Part shown: piece after piece, positions 26,601-35,659 of the stretch
Layout of the letters: each line of letters starts with the position of its first letter
Numbering within the stretch: position 1 is the first letter of the stretch
Origin: Mantamonas sphyraenae STR306
Lineage: Eukaryota; Protista; CRuMs
Length of the DNA stretch: 64,000 bases
Assembly (NCBI GenBank): GCA_026936335.1
Contig: JAPMXV010000007.1
Span: 186,001-250,000 of the forward strand
Direction of reading: 5' to 3'
Notes under the pieces: generated by a model
The model's input: only the letters and a program-made list of their open reading frames with translations
What the model was told of the DNA's origin: nothing
Databases searched by the model: none
Made by a program: the position numbers and the translations under genes

Positions 26601-29600
26601 AGCAGGTTGTCCGTTTCAAGCACCGTCAGCACCAGCGGGTTGACGTGCACCTTGATCATAAAGTCCTTCCAGTCCTTGTCCACCATCTGGAACTTGGCGG
26701 ACTCTTCAGGCAGCTGCCGTGTGATGTCGCCCGAACCAAACACCACCTCCAGGTAGATCCAGTTCTTTTGGCACAGCACCCACTCCTCCATGACGTCGGA
26801 CAGCAGCGACAGCTTGTTTTCCCACTCCAACACGTCTTCTTTGATGCCTTCGATGAAGCGCGAGGCCATCATGGTCTGCAGCGTCACCAAGTGGTCTTCC
26901 AGCAGCTGTTGCACCTCTTCGTACGAACCCAGGACAAACACATTGCGGTTGGAGTGGTGGGGCACGACGTCGAAGCGCACGGTGGCCCACGCTGTGCGCA
27001 CCTTGTCCAGCGTCACTTCCAGCGACAGCTCGCCCGTGGCAATGGAACTGATTTCTGCGACGTATTCCTGGTGGTCCTGGATGCCCATGTGCACCAGCTC
27101 GCGCAGACTCGGGTTCACTGTGGAGCCCGTGTACCTGTACTTGAGGCGCTGGTAGATGAGCTCCCAATGGCGTGGACGCAGAGCAGGGTTGCCCAGGTGC
27201 ACCAAGTAGTCCATGTGCGCGGCAAACTTGCGCACGAGCGAGTTGAGCTCGGCCACAACCATGTTTTCCGTCAGCTTGCGCGACAGCTTGGACACGATGC
27301 GACTCCAGCGCTTGAGCTCAACCTCAATGTCCGACACAGGCACAGAGCCGATGGGGGTGGTCATCCAGGTCTCGCTAACAGTGTTCCACTCGTCCAGCGA
27401 ACTCCAGATCTTGTGGCGCACGGCAAACAGCTTGCGTGTCTCGGTGAGGTGTGCAAAGGTGTACTCCTTGACACCAAACACCACCTGCATCTCGCGATAG
27501 GACTTTGCACGGTCGTAGATGCTGTCGATGCTCTCTTTGATGGAACGCAGCTTCTCGAGGACCGCCTTGCAGTCGCTGGCCGGATCTTCGTACATCTCGT
27601 GGTACAGCTCGGCCATGTCTGCCACGAGTTGGTCCTCCAGGGAGCCAATGTTGCGCTCGAGGGTAGTCACCATGTCTGTGCGCTTCATGACCACGTAGGT
27701 CTGCGAGTCCTCACGCACGCTCTTGAACTGGATGACGGTGGACTTGAGGTCCTCGAGGAGCATGTCTGTGGAATGGGGCACCTGTTCGCTGAAATTGCTG
27801 AGCAGGCGCACGAGCGAGTCGACGTTGTCTTCTTCCTGGTGCAGCTGAACCAGATCTGCGTCGAGCGAGTTGAAGCGCTTGAGATACGCGGTGAACTCGG
27901 GCAGCTTCCATGGCCGCTCCTCAAAGTATCTGCACAGGGCGCTGTAGCGGTTGCGCAGATCCTGGGTCTTTTGGCGGATGACGACCTTGGCGAGACCCTT
28001 GATATCCTCCATACACTTTTGGGGCACGGGCAGCAATTCGGAGCGCAGCTTTTTGTTTTCGACGGAAAACAGGTCGCTGGGCTTGCTGGTCTTCATGCGG
28101 TCGACGTCGGAGAACCAGGTGTGGAACTTGTGCATGAGTTGCTGGAACTCGGCCACAGAGGGCTCCGCGTTGCGATACTGCTCGATGTCCCAGCCGTCGT
28201 TGAAGTCCGCGATGCTCTTGAAGGTGCTGTAGATGCCGTGCGTCTGCTCCACACACAGGTCGAAGCTGGCCATGAGCAAGCGCTGGACGCCCGCGCGCAC
28301 CTCTGTGTATGTGTCTGTCTCGCGGATGATGCCAGAGACATGCGGGCCCTCGGGGATGTACTGGTCGTCCATGAAGAATCCCTTGAGGGAGGACATCTTG
28401 AGCACACGGGGCACCGTGTTGTAGGTGAGCAGCAGATCGTCGATGGTGTGCTTGAATGCCGCGACAAAGGAGTCGCCGTCCGGGGTGTAGACGACGCCGC
28501 GCTCGCCGCGAGGCGTCTTGTCCAGTGAGACCACAGTGAGAAAGAGAGCAGTGTTGCGCGGGGCAGAGGGCTCGAGAAACTCGACGAGGTTGTTGAGAGA
28601 GCGGCAGGAGTGGTTGATGAGGTTCTCACAGAGGATGTAGTCTGCAAGGCGGATGAAATTGCCGAGGAGCTGGGCCTCCATGCAGGCGCGCTTTAGGGCG
28701 GCCAGGCGCTGTGCGCGCTCCTTCTTTGCGCCCACCATGCTGATGCTCTTCCACGAGCGGCTCTTGCTGGTGGTGGAGCTCATGGTGTAGGAGTCGAGGT
28801 CGAAGCTGTCGGTGTCCTCGGAAACGAGGGTGCGCTGGACGACGTTCTGGCACAGCTTGGCGAGGATGAGTTGCACCTTGTCGGTGATGTGTTCCAGGCT
28901 CTTGAAGGCATCCTTGCGCACGGCCATCTGCTTGTCGAGGAATAGCTCGAGGGAGACTGTGGTGACAATGGAGTCGAGGTCGAGGAGTTGGACCTTGTGG
29001 AGGTCCTGGCAGAGGCTGTTGATGTCCATGAGAGTGGGTACAAACACGCTTTGGGCCCAGAAGAGCTTGCGGTTGAGTTTGTTGCGAATCTGGCAGTACT
29101 TTTTGTAGCGGACCTGGGAGCGCCACTGGCGGAACATCTTGCCGACGAGGTAGAACTTGAAGAAGGAAATCTTGGTGAGCATGTTGAAGAGGGCACTCTG
29201 GCGCATCCACTGGGACAGGGAGAGGTACTCTGTGTCTTCGTCGGCCAGGACGTGGACGACGCCCGACGGACTCATGACAAAATGCTCAAACGGGTCAATT
29301 TCCTGGCGGCTGACAACCTCGAGGTCGTAGGGGCGGAAGTTGTCGCCATCCTGGGGCACCCTGTTGAGATAGACAAACTTGAGGGTGTCGTCGGGATTGG
29401 AGGCGGCAAAGAAACCCACGGCGTCTTCGCCTGTGATGATGCCCAGCTGCTCCCACTCGGGTTGCACGGCCTCGTCATCGTTTCCGTCGCCTTGAGTGTT
29501 CTCTGTGGCTGCGGTGGTGCCAGTTGCATTGAGGGCAGCGGTTGCGGCTGCCTCGTCGCTGCTCTCGTACTCGTCGTCGTCGTCGTCGTCATCCTCCTCT

Positions 29601-31216
29601 TCCGAGTCCACCAGCGAGTCTGCGTCGTCCAAATCGACGTACATTCCCGGATGGTCCTCGTCGTCCACGGTGCTGGCCGTGGCTGTAGAGGCAGCCGAGG
29701 AGGCTGGGCGAGCGCGTGTGCGTCCGGAGCGTGCGCGTCGGCCAGAGCGTGCACGTGGCGTGGTGCCACCTGTGTCGTCGTTGTGGCCGCGTGCGGGAGC
29801 TGTACCTGGACGAAGGACGGATTGGAGGAAGGGCAGCGGTTCGTTGTTGGCGGTTGTCTGCGGACGGCGTACGCTCTGTTGCAGCGAGCGGGTGTCGTCA
29901 AAGGCAGGTGCCGAGCGAGCCATGCGTGCAGAGCCGATCTGGGCACGGGACTTGGCCTTGCCACGCGGCGATTGGGTGCCAAAGCCCGTTTGGAAGGCCT
30001 GAAAGGTGTTCTGGCGAGGCGTGCGTGCACTGGTAGAGCGCATGGTCACGCCCGGTTTGAACGAAAGGTCGCGCGGCATGGACATGTCGGAGATTTGGAT
30101 ATCATACAGTTGCTGTGGGAGGATGTTGACGGCACATGGTGGGCCGTAGAGACGGCGTGGCGGCCGAGGGATGGGTGTGAGCGGAGGGTGCTTTGCGCGG
30201 GAGTTTTTTGCAACGGCCAGAGGCAAAACACAACGCACCTTGGAGGCAGTCTTTGAACGCGGGGTACGGGCGCTTGCAGACTGGGCGCGCTGGGAGGAGG
30301 AGGCATGGGATGTTTTGGGCCGCTTGGAGGTGGTGGAGGTGGCCTGCAGGTTGGAGCGGGAGCTCTGTCCAGCGGCTGTGTTTGAACGGCGCGCGGTCGA
30401 GGCGGATTCCAGCTGTGGGAGCTCGAACTGGACCTTGCCCGAAGCAGATTTGGGGTCGCGGCCAGATTTGGTGGTGTTTGCCATGCTGGAGTTGGGCATG
30501 GAGGACGCCATGCTGCTGGAGGACACGCCGAGGTCTGTGATCTGGACATCCAAGGCCTGCCGAGGTGAAGCAAAGGCGCATAGGCGGCCGGGGAGACGTG
30601 TGAGCAGAGAGACGAGGCGTGGGACAGGAAGAAAAGGGAGAGTGGAAGGACACAGGGGCATAGGTAGGGAAGAAGGCATGTGGGAAAGGCCTGAGAGGAC
30701 GGGGAAACGGAGTGCAAGTGCGGATGTGTGGCAACGGTCGGCGTGAAGGAGGGCGATGTGAGGGAATGTGAGCAGGTGGAATCTTACCTGCTGGTCGTCA
30801 TGGTCGCCAAGAATGCTGGGGAAGACGTTTGCAAGGACGGAGCGGATCTGCATCTGCTCGAGGACGTGGTCCTGGGCGGCGCGGGAGTAGACGCGAGCGA
30901 CGTAGTGCTTGAGCTGGGCCGAGGGGCTGCCGTGGAAGTATTCGCCAGGCATGTCGAGGAGGATCTCCTTGAGAAAGACCCAGTCTTCGTAGTCGTCGCT
31001 GTTGAGGGTGTGAATGAGCACCTTGACGATCTGGTTGTCGATTTTGGAGCGGACCTCGCTTCGCGCCCGTTGCTTCTCGTCCACCGAGGCAACAGAGGAG
31101 GCGCTGGCGGTGCTGTGATGCGTCACCACGCTATGGGCGGACTCGCTGGCCGAAGAAGACGACGACGAGCCCGTGGTGGCCACGCTGAGATTGGAAATGG
31201 CACGCCTGCCGCTCAT
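17666..31216 (-). CDS. DNAH6: Axonemal inner-arm dynein heavy chain, DNAH6 (IAD-5/dynein g) class
   Basis: Motifs: AAA1 GPAGTGKTETTKDL and CFDEFNRI, AAA2 GAPLTGKS, AAA3 GVSGVGKS, AAA4 GVSGSGRK, a stalk/MTBD, and C-terminal STTGHSTNF. The N-terminal PYDLEVV...LSQWMRQ...FFKFYL block and the AAA3 context are DNAH6-like. Two probable in-frame introns at 30787-30557 and 30238-30113. The subclass is less certain than the family. Confidence 0.92.
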   Translation of the reverse strand: MSGRRAISNLSVATTGSSSSSSASESAHSVVTHHSTASASSVASVDEKQRARSEVRSKIDNQIVKVLIHTLNSDDYEDWVFLKEILLDMPGEYFHGSPSAQLKHYVARVYSRAAQDHVLEQMQIRSVLANVFPSILGDHDDQQVRFHLLTFPHIALLHADRCHTSALALRFPVLSGLSHMPSSLPMPLCPSTLPFLPVPRLVSLLTRLPGRLCAFASPRQALDVQITDLGVSSSSMASSMPNSSMANTTKSGRDPKSASGKVQFELPQLESASTARRSNTAAGQSSRSNLQATSTTSKRPKTSHASSSQRAQSASARTPRSKTASKVRCVLPLAVAKNSRAKHPPLTPIPRPPRRLYGPPCAVNILPQQLYDIQISDMSMPRDLSFKPGVTMRSTSARTPRQNTFQAFQTGFGTQSPRGKAKSRAQIGSARMARSAPAFDDTRSLQQSVRRPQTTANNEPLPFLQSVLRPGTAPARGHNDDTGGTTPRARSGRRARSGRTRARPASSAASTATASTVDDEDHPGMYVDLDDADSLVDSEEEDDDDDDDEYESSDEAAATAALNATGTTAATENTQGDGNDDEAVQPEWEQLGIITGEDAVGFFAASNPDDTLKFVYLNRVPQDGDNFRPYDLEVVSRQEIDPFEHFVMSPSGVVHVLADEDTEYLSLSQWMRQSALFNMLTKISFFKFYLVGKMFRQWRSQVRYKKYCQIRNKLNRKLFWAQSVFVPTLMDINSLCQDLHKVQLLDLDSIVTTVSLELFLDKQMAVRKDAFKSLEHITDKVQLILAKLCQNVVQRTLVSEDTDSFDLDSYTMSSTTSKSRSWKSISMVGAKKERAQRLAALKRACMEAQLLGNFIRLADYILCENLINHSCRSLNNLVEFLEPSAPRNTALFLTVVSLDKTPRGERGVVYTPDGDSFVAAFKHTIDDLLLTYNTVPRVLKMSSLKGFFMDDQYIPEGPHVSGIIRETDTYTEVRAGVQRLLMASFDLCVEQTHGIYSTFKSIADFNDGWDIEQYRNAEPSVAEFQQLMHKFHTWFSDVDRMKTSKPSDLFSVENKKLRSELLPVPQKCMEDIKGLAKVVIRQKTQDLRNRYSALCRYFEERPWKLPEFTAYLKRFNSLDADLVQLHQEEDNVDSLVRLLSNFSEQVPHSTDMLLEDLKSTVIQFKSVREDSQTYVVMKRTDMVTTLERNIGSLEDQLVADMAELYHEMYEDPASDCKAVLEKLRSIKESIDSIYDRAKSYREMQVVFGVKEYTFAHLTETRKLFAVRHKIWSSLDEWNTVSETWMTTPIGSVPVSDIEVELKRWSRIVSKLSRKLTENMVVAELNSLVRKFAAHMDYLVHLGNPALRPRHWELIYQRLKYRYTGSTVNPSLRELVHMGIQDHQEYVAEISSIATGELSLEVTLDKVRTAWATVRFDVVPHHSNRNVFVLGSYEEVQQLLEDHLVTLQTMMASRFIEGIKEDVLEWENKLSLLSDVMEEWVLCQKNWIYLEVVFGSGDITRQLPEESAKFQMVDKDWKDFMIKVHVNPLVLTVLETDNLLEMFLNCNQLLEDILKTLEDYLETKRTAFPRFYFLSNDELLQILAQVREPKAVQEHLPKCFDGIYELVFYESRTTQNVKAMVSEEGEVVEFNAPVVAKGKVEYWLGTVEKMMRESLYRNLKECLEEYTPHKRADWLFGNWPAQCILTVDQILWTHLVTDALTEMQADRDPHALRKVHALMADQINQMVELVRGDLTPLHRQLLNTLIVINVHGRDVLESMIDQGVNSVQDFEWFRQLRFYWVPEADNCVIRQTNASFEYGYEYLGNTTRLVITPLTDKCYLTLTSALHLHLGGAPSGPAGTGKTETTKDLAKSLGQRCVVYNCSQGLYYRMMGRFFSGLAQAGCWACFDEFNRIDIEVLSVIAQQLHSIQKALSSGRTKFVFGPKEIALKPTFGVFVTMNPGYKGRTELPDNLKALFRPVAMMIPDYARIAEIVLYSEGFQTAHELASKMVNLYKLSSQQLSQQHHYDFGMRALKSVLLMAGAIKRQNTDISEDMLLIRALRESNLPKLLVEDTPLFLAIIQDLFPEVNIPPVEHGLLEREVAATLEKHDLQSVPELVSKVMQLYDTMQVRHGVMLVGAPLTGKSTCYKILAESLSSLYTNDDVQDDTYQPVSIYPLNPKALSQEDLYGAHNQVTREWRNGVVALLVNRAKESANSGLHWVTFDGPVDAEWIEDMNTVLDDNKMLCLSNGQRIKLPPSITMLFETFNLRGASPATISRCGMVYLESAQLTWRALAESFCQKLERRLPGFDDQLMGWMDAIVDPTLQFLREQAQGPIQLTDNHIVMNFIKMLECFLKADRGVVLLDGNRAFVAELVSAYFVFAYIWSFGSNLEGSRVSMFSEFARAMIGNVYLSFPKMRTVFDFFVDEETASFRLWEDTLKVFRYEPGMAFHKMVVPTVDTVRISYIAEALVSNGKDVMITGVSGVGKSLIIKDLINRMTNAPGSSYVTTNVNFSARTTVQDFQGWIEHNLDKRRNKFLTPPLDKKMLFFIDDVNMPRIDNGSQPAIELLRQCIDSGGLYDMKRLFFKKILDTQFIVACGPPGGGRNTMTPRLVRHFNVLNIPVLGLNSTNKIFGSILGGFLSNPGVSEECAMLSQQVVLAAMEVYTKVTEVLLPTPMKSHYTFNLRDLSQVIQGIMQIEPVYLQKDTTLVRLWVHESARVFRDRLVSAEDRAWYDSLVLEMISKYFQQTWKEEDFRDILFCDFLQGVPPDSDDEMEVAVDDEDEALAGGVADHESGYSRDYAEAWDMKHVVTVLEDFLDDYNSLSSTVMDIVFFHEAVEHVVRLCRILRQPRGNAMLVGVSGSGRKTTAMLACHIAGMDCEQVEIKKTFSLDDFREKLKEIYQRAGLEERDVCFLLTDSQIVDEGLLEDVNNLLNSGQVPGLYATDEREALISQVIATTRNKREIPDSKSGIFNWFVDKVRAHLHVVLCLSPIGDRFRTWCRQFPSLVNCCTIDWYDAWTDEALLSVAEKRLSEFEGDEVALQRQVLAQACLHMHRSVEEMGDKFYDELRRRTYTTPASYLELLQQYQQMLGGKRQSIHERIQRFATGLETLNNTKKDVGEMQEDLKQMQGVLEVATTNARNLLEKFGAEKKVANKVKRNVEVEEDEVMQISKEMERVRDACQQELDDAMPYYEEAMLALKALNRHDVTEMKSFKKPPDAVVLVMEAVCILRGAKPSWAEGQKLMSDTQFLRSLEEYDNKNIPESVLKAIRRYINNPKFHPDYLANVSTAAMSICMWVRAIHQFANVYKTVLPKQIALTKAEEELTASLKVLEKKQEELGEIEERVDALQQKYDKSERKKQQLEEQMQDTKTRLERAEKLLERLGDERTRWEAEKVSLEKQQSSVVGNMFVAAAYTSYMGPFTERFRRELMGQWLAFMEEAKLDLNEGWNFRGILAEDIEVRKWNMMGLPDNSLAVENALLVTHSRRWPLMIDPQNQANLWIKKLERSNNLQAVKMGDPNLMRTLENAVRVGATVLLEGVGETLDKMLDPVLTRQTYRKAGRTLIRIGDVEVDYNPDFRMYITTKLPNPHFMPEVCIKVTLINFTVSLDGLEDQLLSDVVRIERPQLEESKDSLVVQINEDKQQLRDIEDKILSLMGETRRLLEDETMINTLAASKTTSSDIAARLEEAQVTNAAIDKARDEYRDVARRGALMYFVVSDLALIDPMYQYSLSFFTNLFNQCIQKTERSSVLSERIRSLIRAATESIYNSVCRGLFNKDKRLFAFLMCISILRDQGQVSDEAWQFFLSAGRKTGVAASKPNPCSEWLKESQWAALESLEQVEPFGGLCAGVESDPEGWKQYATSEKPHAFPLPGAWNQRVPAFGKLLLLRVLRPEKVVLGSQQLVSQVLGSEFVEPPLFDLRKAYWESSPSTPIIFILSPGADPTSYLTDLAAELGYSERFEIISLGQGQGPGAARALEQGRYQGNWVCLQNCHLSESWMPTLEKKLDVGSHAQEPDVDFRLWLTSMPTDKFPVPILQNGLKLTYEPPRGLKANMMRTFLDITEETFSGSSRVEEWKRLLFGLAFFHAVIQDRRHFGPIGFNIPYEWNNDDLLVSIRTVKLYLEEQEDPFAALQYIIGEINYGGRVTDLWDARTVNVMLEEFLNADMLSVGSEYNITENGVYHVPQEGSLRNYRQYIASLPLNDPPEVFGLHANADIVYQLKEVDAMLDTILAIQPRMGVGATARSAEETVLRTIKEMQMQLPGRLVVEEAHASVFAEIDGTVNSFGTLVAQESVRYNALLDHISMSLASLERALQGLDVMSDQLEEVFSSMRFGRVPESWAELAYPSELGLGAWMVDLQKRFEFVEDWIENGVPVSFWMGGLFFPQGLITATMQYHARKTRKAVDMLRLQTHVMHTRNTKELDGQPESGIYVHGLFLEGASWDAASYSLAEAHPGQLREEMPVIWLEPTENELYESLVVEDENYECPLYRTQSRVGELSTTGHSTNFILALDLPSRNQEPEHWVKRGAALACSAPPDV

Positions 31217-31265
31217 CGTTCAAAACGGTTCAAAAGGTTTTGATTGGCTGGCGCAGACCCCTCAC

Positions 31266-34020
31266 TCACGGCGTCACGATGACGTGCCATTTGGCGTCAC
31301 GTGCAATATACAGCTCCCAGGCGAGCGTCATGGCGGTCTCGAGATGGGCCACCCATGCGGCGGTGTCAAAGAGAGGTTGGTTGGATCGAGCGCGGGCAAG
31401 TTTCGTCCGTAGCGCCTGCAGCTCTGCGGGGTGTGTGGCAAGGTGAATGGCTCGCTGCTCGTACTGTTGCCACGAGGTCACCACCATGTCGTTGTATGCG
31501 TGGACGGCGCGAGCCATGCCTGCGGCGACGCGCTGGGCCATCTGTTGGCCCGGCATGGTCACCATGGGGGTCCCTGCCCACAGGGCGTCCACCGTGCTGG
31601 TGTGGCCGTTGCACAAGGGCGTGTCGAGGATGAGGTCTGCGGCAACAATGCGCTGCACGTGAGGATGGTGTGCCAGATGCTCGCCAAACACGATGCGATC
31701 GGCCGAGATGTTGCGCAGGCCGGCCTGATGCAGGATGTGTGATTGGGCGTCGCGCGGGAAGCGCAACAGCCACAGGATGGAACGTGGCACTGCTCGCAGG
31801 ATGTTCATCCAGGCGTCAAATGTGCGCGCGTTGATTTTGTACAGCTGGTTGAAGTTGCCAAACACAAACGTGGCGTTGTCGACGGGCAAATGGTTCGCCT
31901 TGCGGTGTAGCAAACGCGTGTCGGGCGTGTTGGTCACGTCGGCTTGTTGGTTTCGGTAGTCCTGGAACAGTGAGAGGAGTGTGTTGTGAGTGGGAGGGGT
32001 CAGCGTGGGTGGGAATGGGAGAATCGGATCGCACGAGGGTGTCGGTGTGCGTCTGCACACACGCAAATGGGTGTCCGGTGTCCACTCACATTCACAAAGT
32101 AGGAGTGGGGCATGTAGACGAGCTTGTCTGCATAGTGGGCGACAAACTCTACGGGAGAGGCAACGGCGTCTGTGATGAGGTAGTCGTTGATGCGTGAGTC
32201 GCCCATGGTGCCACAGAAGCCCATGTAACTCATGGTGATGGGGCTTGCCTGCATGGCAAAGAGCTGGTTGCGCTCGCCCTTGGTCCATCCGTTGAGGTTG
32301 ACGGCAATGTGGACGTTCTGAGAGCGCATGCGTCGCACAGCCTCCTGATCCGACACTTCTGTGATGTCGATGAAGCGATCGACAGACGAGGCGATCACCT
32401 TGCGCTCCTGCGACCCGTCATCCGGTGTGGTGGCGTACATGAGCGCCATGACACGCGATCGGTTGTGATGGGACCAGACGGAGCGCATGAGACGTGCCAA
32501 AGGGTGGTTTTTGATGTCCGACGAGACGTATGCGACACGCAAACGATCGTGCCGTTCGTCTTCGTCCTCTTCGTCGTCGCCATCGCCATCCTCCTCCCCG
32601 CGGTTTCGATGCTCTGTGGCCCACTGCACCCATTGTTTGTGAGTGCGAGCAGGCGGCTGCGAGGGCGGCCCACCACGCGCCTGCGCGGCATCGAGAGAGT
32701 TCTTGGCCATGAGGGCGGCGAGGGAACGAAAGACGGGCAGGGAGAGGTTGTAGGTGAATGCCTGGAATGGGGTCACGGCAGGTGTGGGCGACTGCTTGTC
32801 GAGCTGGTCCTGGATGAGGGCATGGAGCTTGGGCATGTGCTTGTCGACCTGCTGCCAATCGCAAAGGAAGTGAAGAGAGTGGACGTAGGCGGTGAAGGCC
32901 GGTGCGTTGTTGTCCCATCCGCTGAGGTCGAGAGCAGTCTTGAAGTGCTGTGCAGCCTCGTTCATGTCCATGCGCGACTTGAGCGCACGTCCCAGGCTGT
33001 AATGTGCATCCTTGGAGCCTGGCGAGTGCTTGACGGCAAGGCGGAACTGGCGGATGGCTTCGTCACGCTGGCCCAACGTGGTGTACACGTTGCCGAGGTT
33101 GACATACGCGTCGCCGAGGTCCGGCTGAATCTCAACAGCGCGTTTGTACGCGTGGATGGCTTCGTAGAGGCGGTTTGCATGTTGGTAAGAGATGCCCAGG
33201 CTGTTGTGAGCGAGAGCAAAGTCGGGCTGGTGCTTGACCGCTTGCTGGAAGTGGTGTGTGGCTTCACCGTGGCGTTTCCAGTCATGGTAAATGCGACCCA
33301 AATTGAAGTGGGCATTGGCAAAGTCGGGCTGGAGTTCGATGGCGCGCAGGTAGGCAGCTTCGGCGCGTTCTGGGTCGCCAGCGCGTCGTGCACACAGGGC
33401 AAGGTGGAACCAGGGCTCGGACAAGGACGGGTCGATGCGGATGGCAGCCTCAAAGGCGCGTACAGCCTTGCGATACTTGGCCATGCCCTTGTAGATCAGA
33501 CCCATGGAGAGGAGGGGCAGGGTGTCGTCCGGGTGCTCCTTTGCCACTCGTTCAAACTCCAGCAAGGCCATTTCAGTCTGCCCCAGCTGCTGGTAGATCT
33601 TGCCCAGATTGACACGGTGCAGACGCGTATGTGGACGCACGTTGGGGTCCAGCTCCAGGGCCTCTCGGAGGCAGGTGATGGCAGCCTCGTGCTTGCCTGC
33701 TCCAAAGTGGTTGTACGCCACAGTGCTTTGAGGGTGCGCAGCACGGGACGGGGAAGGGGGCAACACGGCTGTGTGAGAAGGAAGCGAGATTGGGAGCGGG
33801 CAGAGAGGAGGACCTACCCGAGTTCCTGGGCGCTGTGTGCTCCGGGGCACTGGAAGGAGGTGGTCGTGCCAACGGGGCTATCTCCAGGGTGGCGAGGGGC
33901 ACGCGTGGATGCCGTGGCATGTGAAGAGGGCGCCTTGCGTCGCAGGGAGGGCTTTGCATGCACTGTGGCGAGCACAAGGAGGAAGAGGAGGATGAGGCGA
34001 GGACTAGGCCAACGCGACAT
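31266..34020 (-). CDS. TPR-containing O-GlcNAc transferase-like protein (GT41, OGT/SEC type) with predicted N-terminal signal peptide; exons 34020-33818, 33725-32090, 31961-31266
   Basis: TPR repeats plus catalytic-domain motifs YVSSDIKNHPL, NLNGWTKG, PHSYFVN|DYR (reconstituted across intron 32089-31962), FGNFNQLYKI, DTPLCNGHTS and WAGTPMVT. Exon 1 starts MSRWPSPRLILLFLLVLATVHA. Confidence 0.85.
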
Positions 34021-34049
34021 TTCGCTCCGCACAAACTTTTTTGTCCTGG

Positions 34050-35585
34050 ATGAGCGCACGCGAAGCCGGCGGCGAGTCGGCGCGCGTCGAGGAGGACGAC
34101 GAGTCATATCAGAAGCGAATGGACGCGTTGGAAGCAGCGTCGATTGTGAGTTTCAAGCAGGAGAGGGCGGAGAAACACACCCTAGCGTGGAATGGGCTCA
34201 CACGACGGCACTCGTGCACCACCCCACACTCGCACCGTACACAGAGCAAGGAGCTGGATTGGCTCATGAACACAGAATTTCCACGGGAGCAGCAGAGGGT
34301 GACAGAAACCGTCAAGGTGAGGGGTCATGAAGAGGGCGGTGCGAACTGAGAAGCAGAGACGAGTGCTGACGCGTTGCCGGCGCTCTGCAGACATGCCTGG
34401 GGATCATCAGCGTGTCCAAAATGCCACGACTGGACCACGAGTTGGATCTGGACACACCGGGGTACATCCCGTTGTTTGTGCAGCAGTAGGTTGTGTGCGC
34501 AGGGTGGCGGGAGGGAGGGGTCAAGGGGCAGGTGACTGACCAGGTGTGCGGTGCGCGTGTGTGTGCTTATGCGCGTCCACAGACGTTCCGTGAGTGGATA
34601 TCTGGTGCAGTTGGGAGGGGTCATTGCACGAGCAGACATCCAAGTGAAGCTGAACAAGGTGCACGGGAAGCACGATGCGGGGTTGCGTGTGCAAATCCAG
34701 CCCGAGGCGCCGTACGTGCTGCACCAACTGCGCGACGCATTTAACTATATGAGGCAGGCGTATGTGCTACTTCACAGTCTGAAGGAGGTTGTGAACCTGC
34801 ACAGCAGCTGGCGGGCGGTGGTAAAGGTGGTCCAGAACGCACTGGAAAGCCTGGTGGCGAGCAAACACTGCCTGCAGTCGCCCAGCGGCTACCTGTTCCC
34901 CAAAAAGGCACTGACACACATCAACGATGCATTCGAGCCCGAACTTCCGCACGAGGTGCTGATCGAGATGACTGTCAACCAGAACGACCTTGTGATGCGT
35001 GTGCTCGGCTTTGCCACACCGCACAAGTCGGCGCTGGCCAAAATGGGCCTGAGCTTCGACTCATCCAGTGACCGAGGCAGTGTGGACTTTGGAGATTCAT
35101 GTAAGTTTGGCAATGAGAAGCAGGAAGCAGCAGGAGGTGGATGCCGCGGCGTAGGAAGTTGACTGACACGGTGACATGGCACAGTGGACTCAACGACCTC
35201 CGAGGCGTTCCTGGAGGAACTGGACGCCAAATCGCAGAGGGACAAAGGAACAGGGGGAAATGGAAGTGGCAATGGCGGGGATGCGGGAGGAAGCAGCAGC
35301 AGCAGTAGCAGCAGTGGCAACAGCAGCGGAGGGTCTGGTGGGGCGAGAGAGACAGCAGGCGGTATCCAGAAGGATGTGAATGTGTTGGTGAGTGCAGAGC
35401 ATTACGTGGGACGCGTGGTGGACTACGAGGGGACTGCAGTGGAGGTTGTGGACGGCGTTACTTTTCGCTACCCGCTGGAACCGCTCAAGGAGTTTCTCAA
35501 GGGCTGTGAGGACTGCATCCTCACATGTTCGCTACTTTTGCGCAAGTTGGAGCTTGTGGGGGAGATTGCAGGGGTGGGACAATAG
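34050..35585 (+). CDS. ROGDI: Rogdi / RAVE subunit 2 family protein (several introns)
   Basis: Segments ELDWLMNTEFP, GYLVQLGGVIARADIQVKL, YVLHQLRDAFNY, CLQSPSGYLFP and FEPELPHEVLIEMTVNQNDL match the Rogdi pattern. GT-AG signals lie between the coding blocks; not all internal exon boundaries were resolved. Confidence 0.75.
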
Positions 35586-35659
35586 AATACATTCGTGTGG
35601 AGCACGTATTGCCAGCATGAATGAATGCGCGGGGCGAACCAACGACACATCCAGCCACC

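Noticed and set aside
21185-28528. 719-aa and 1,532-aa plus-strand ORFs
   Set aside because: They are antisense to the dynein heavy chain and have no recognisable motifs.
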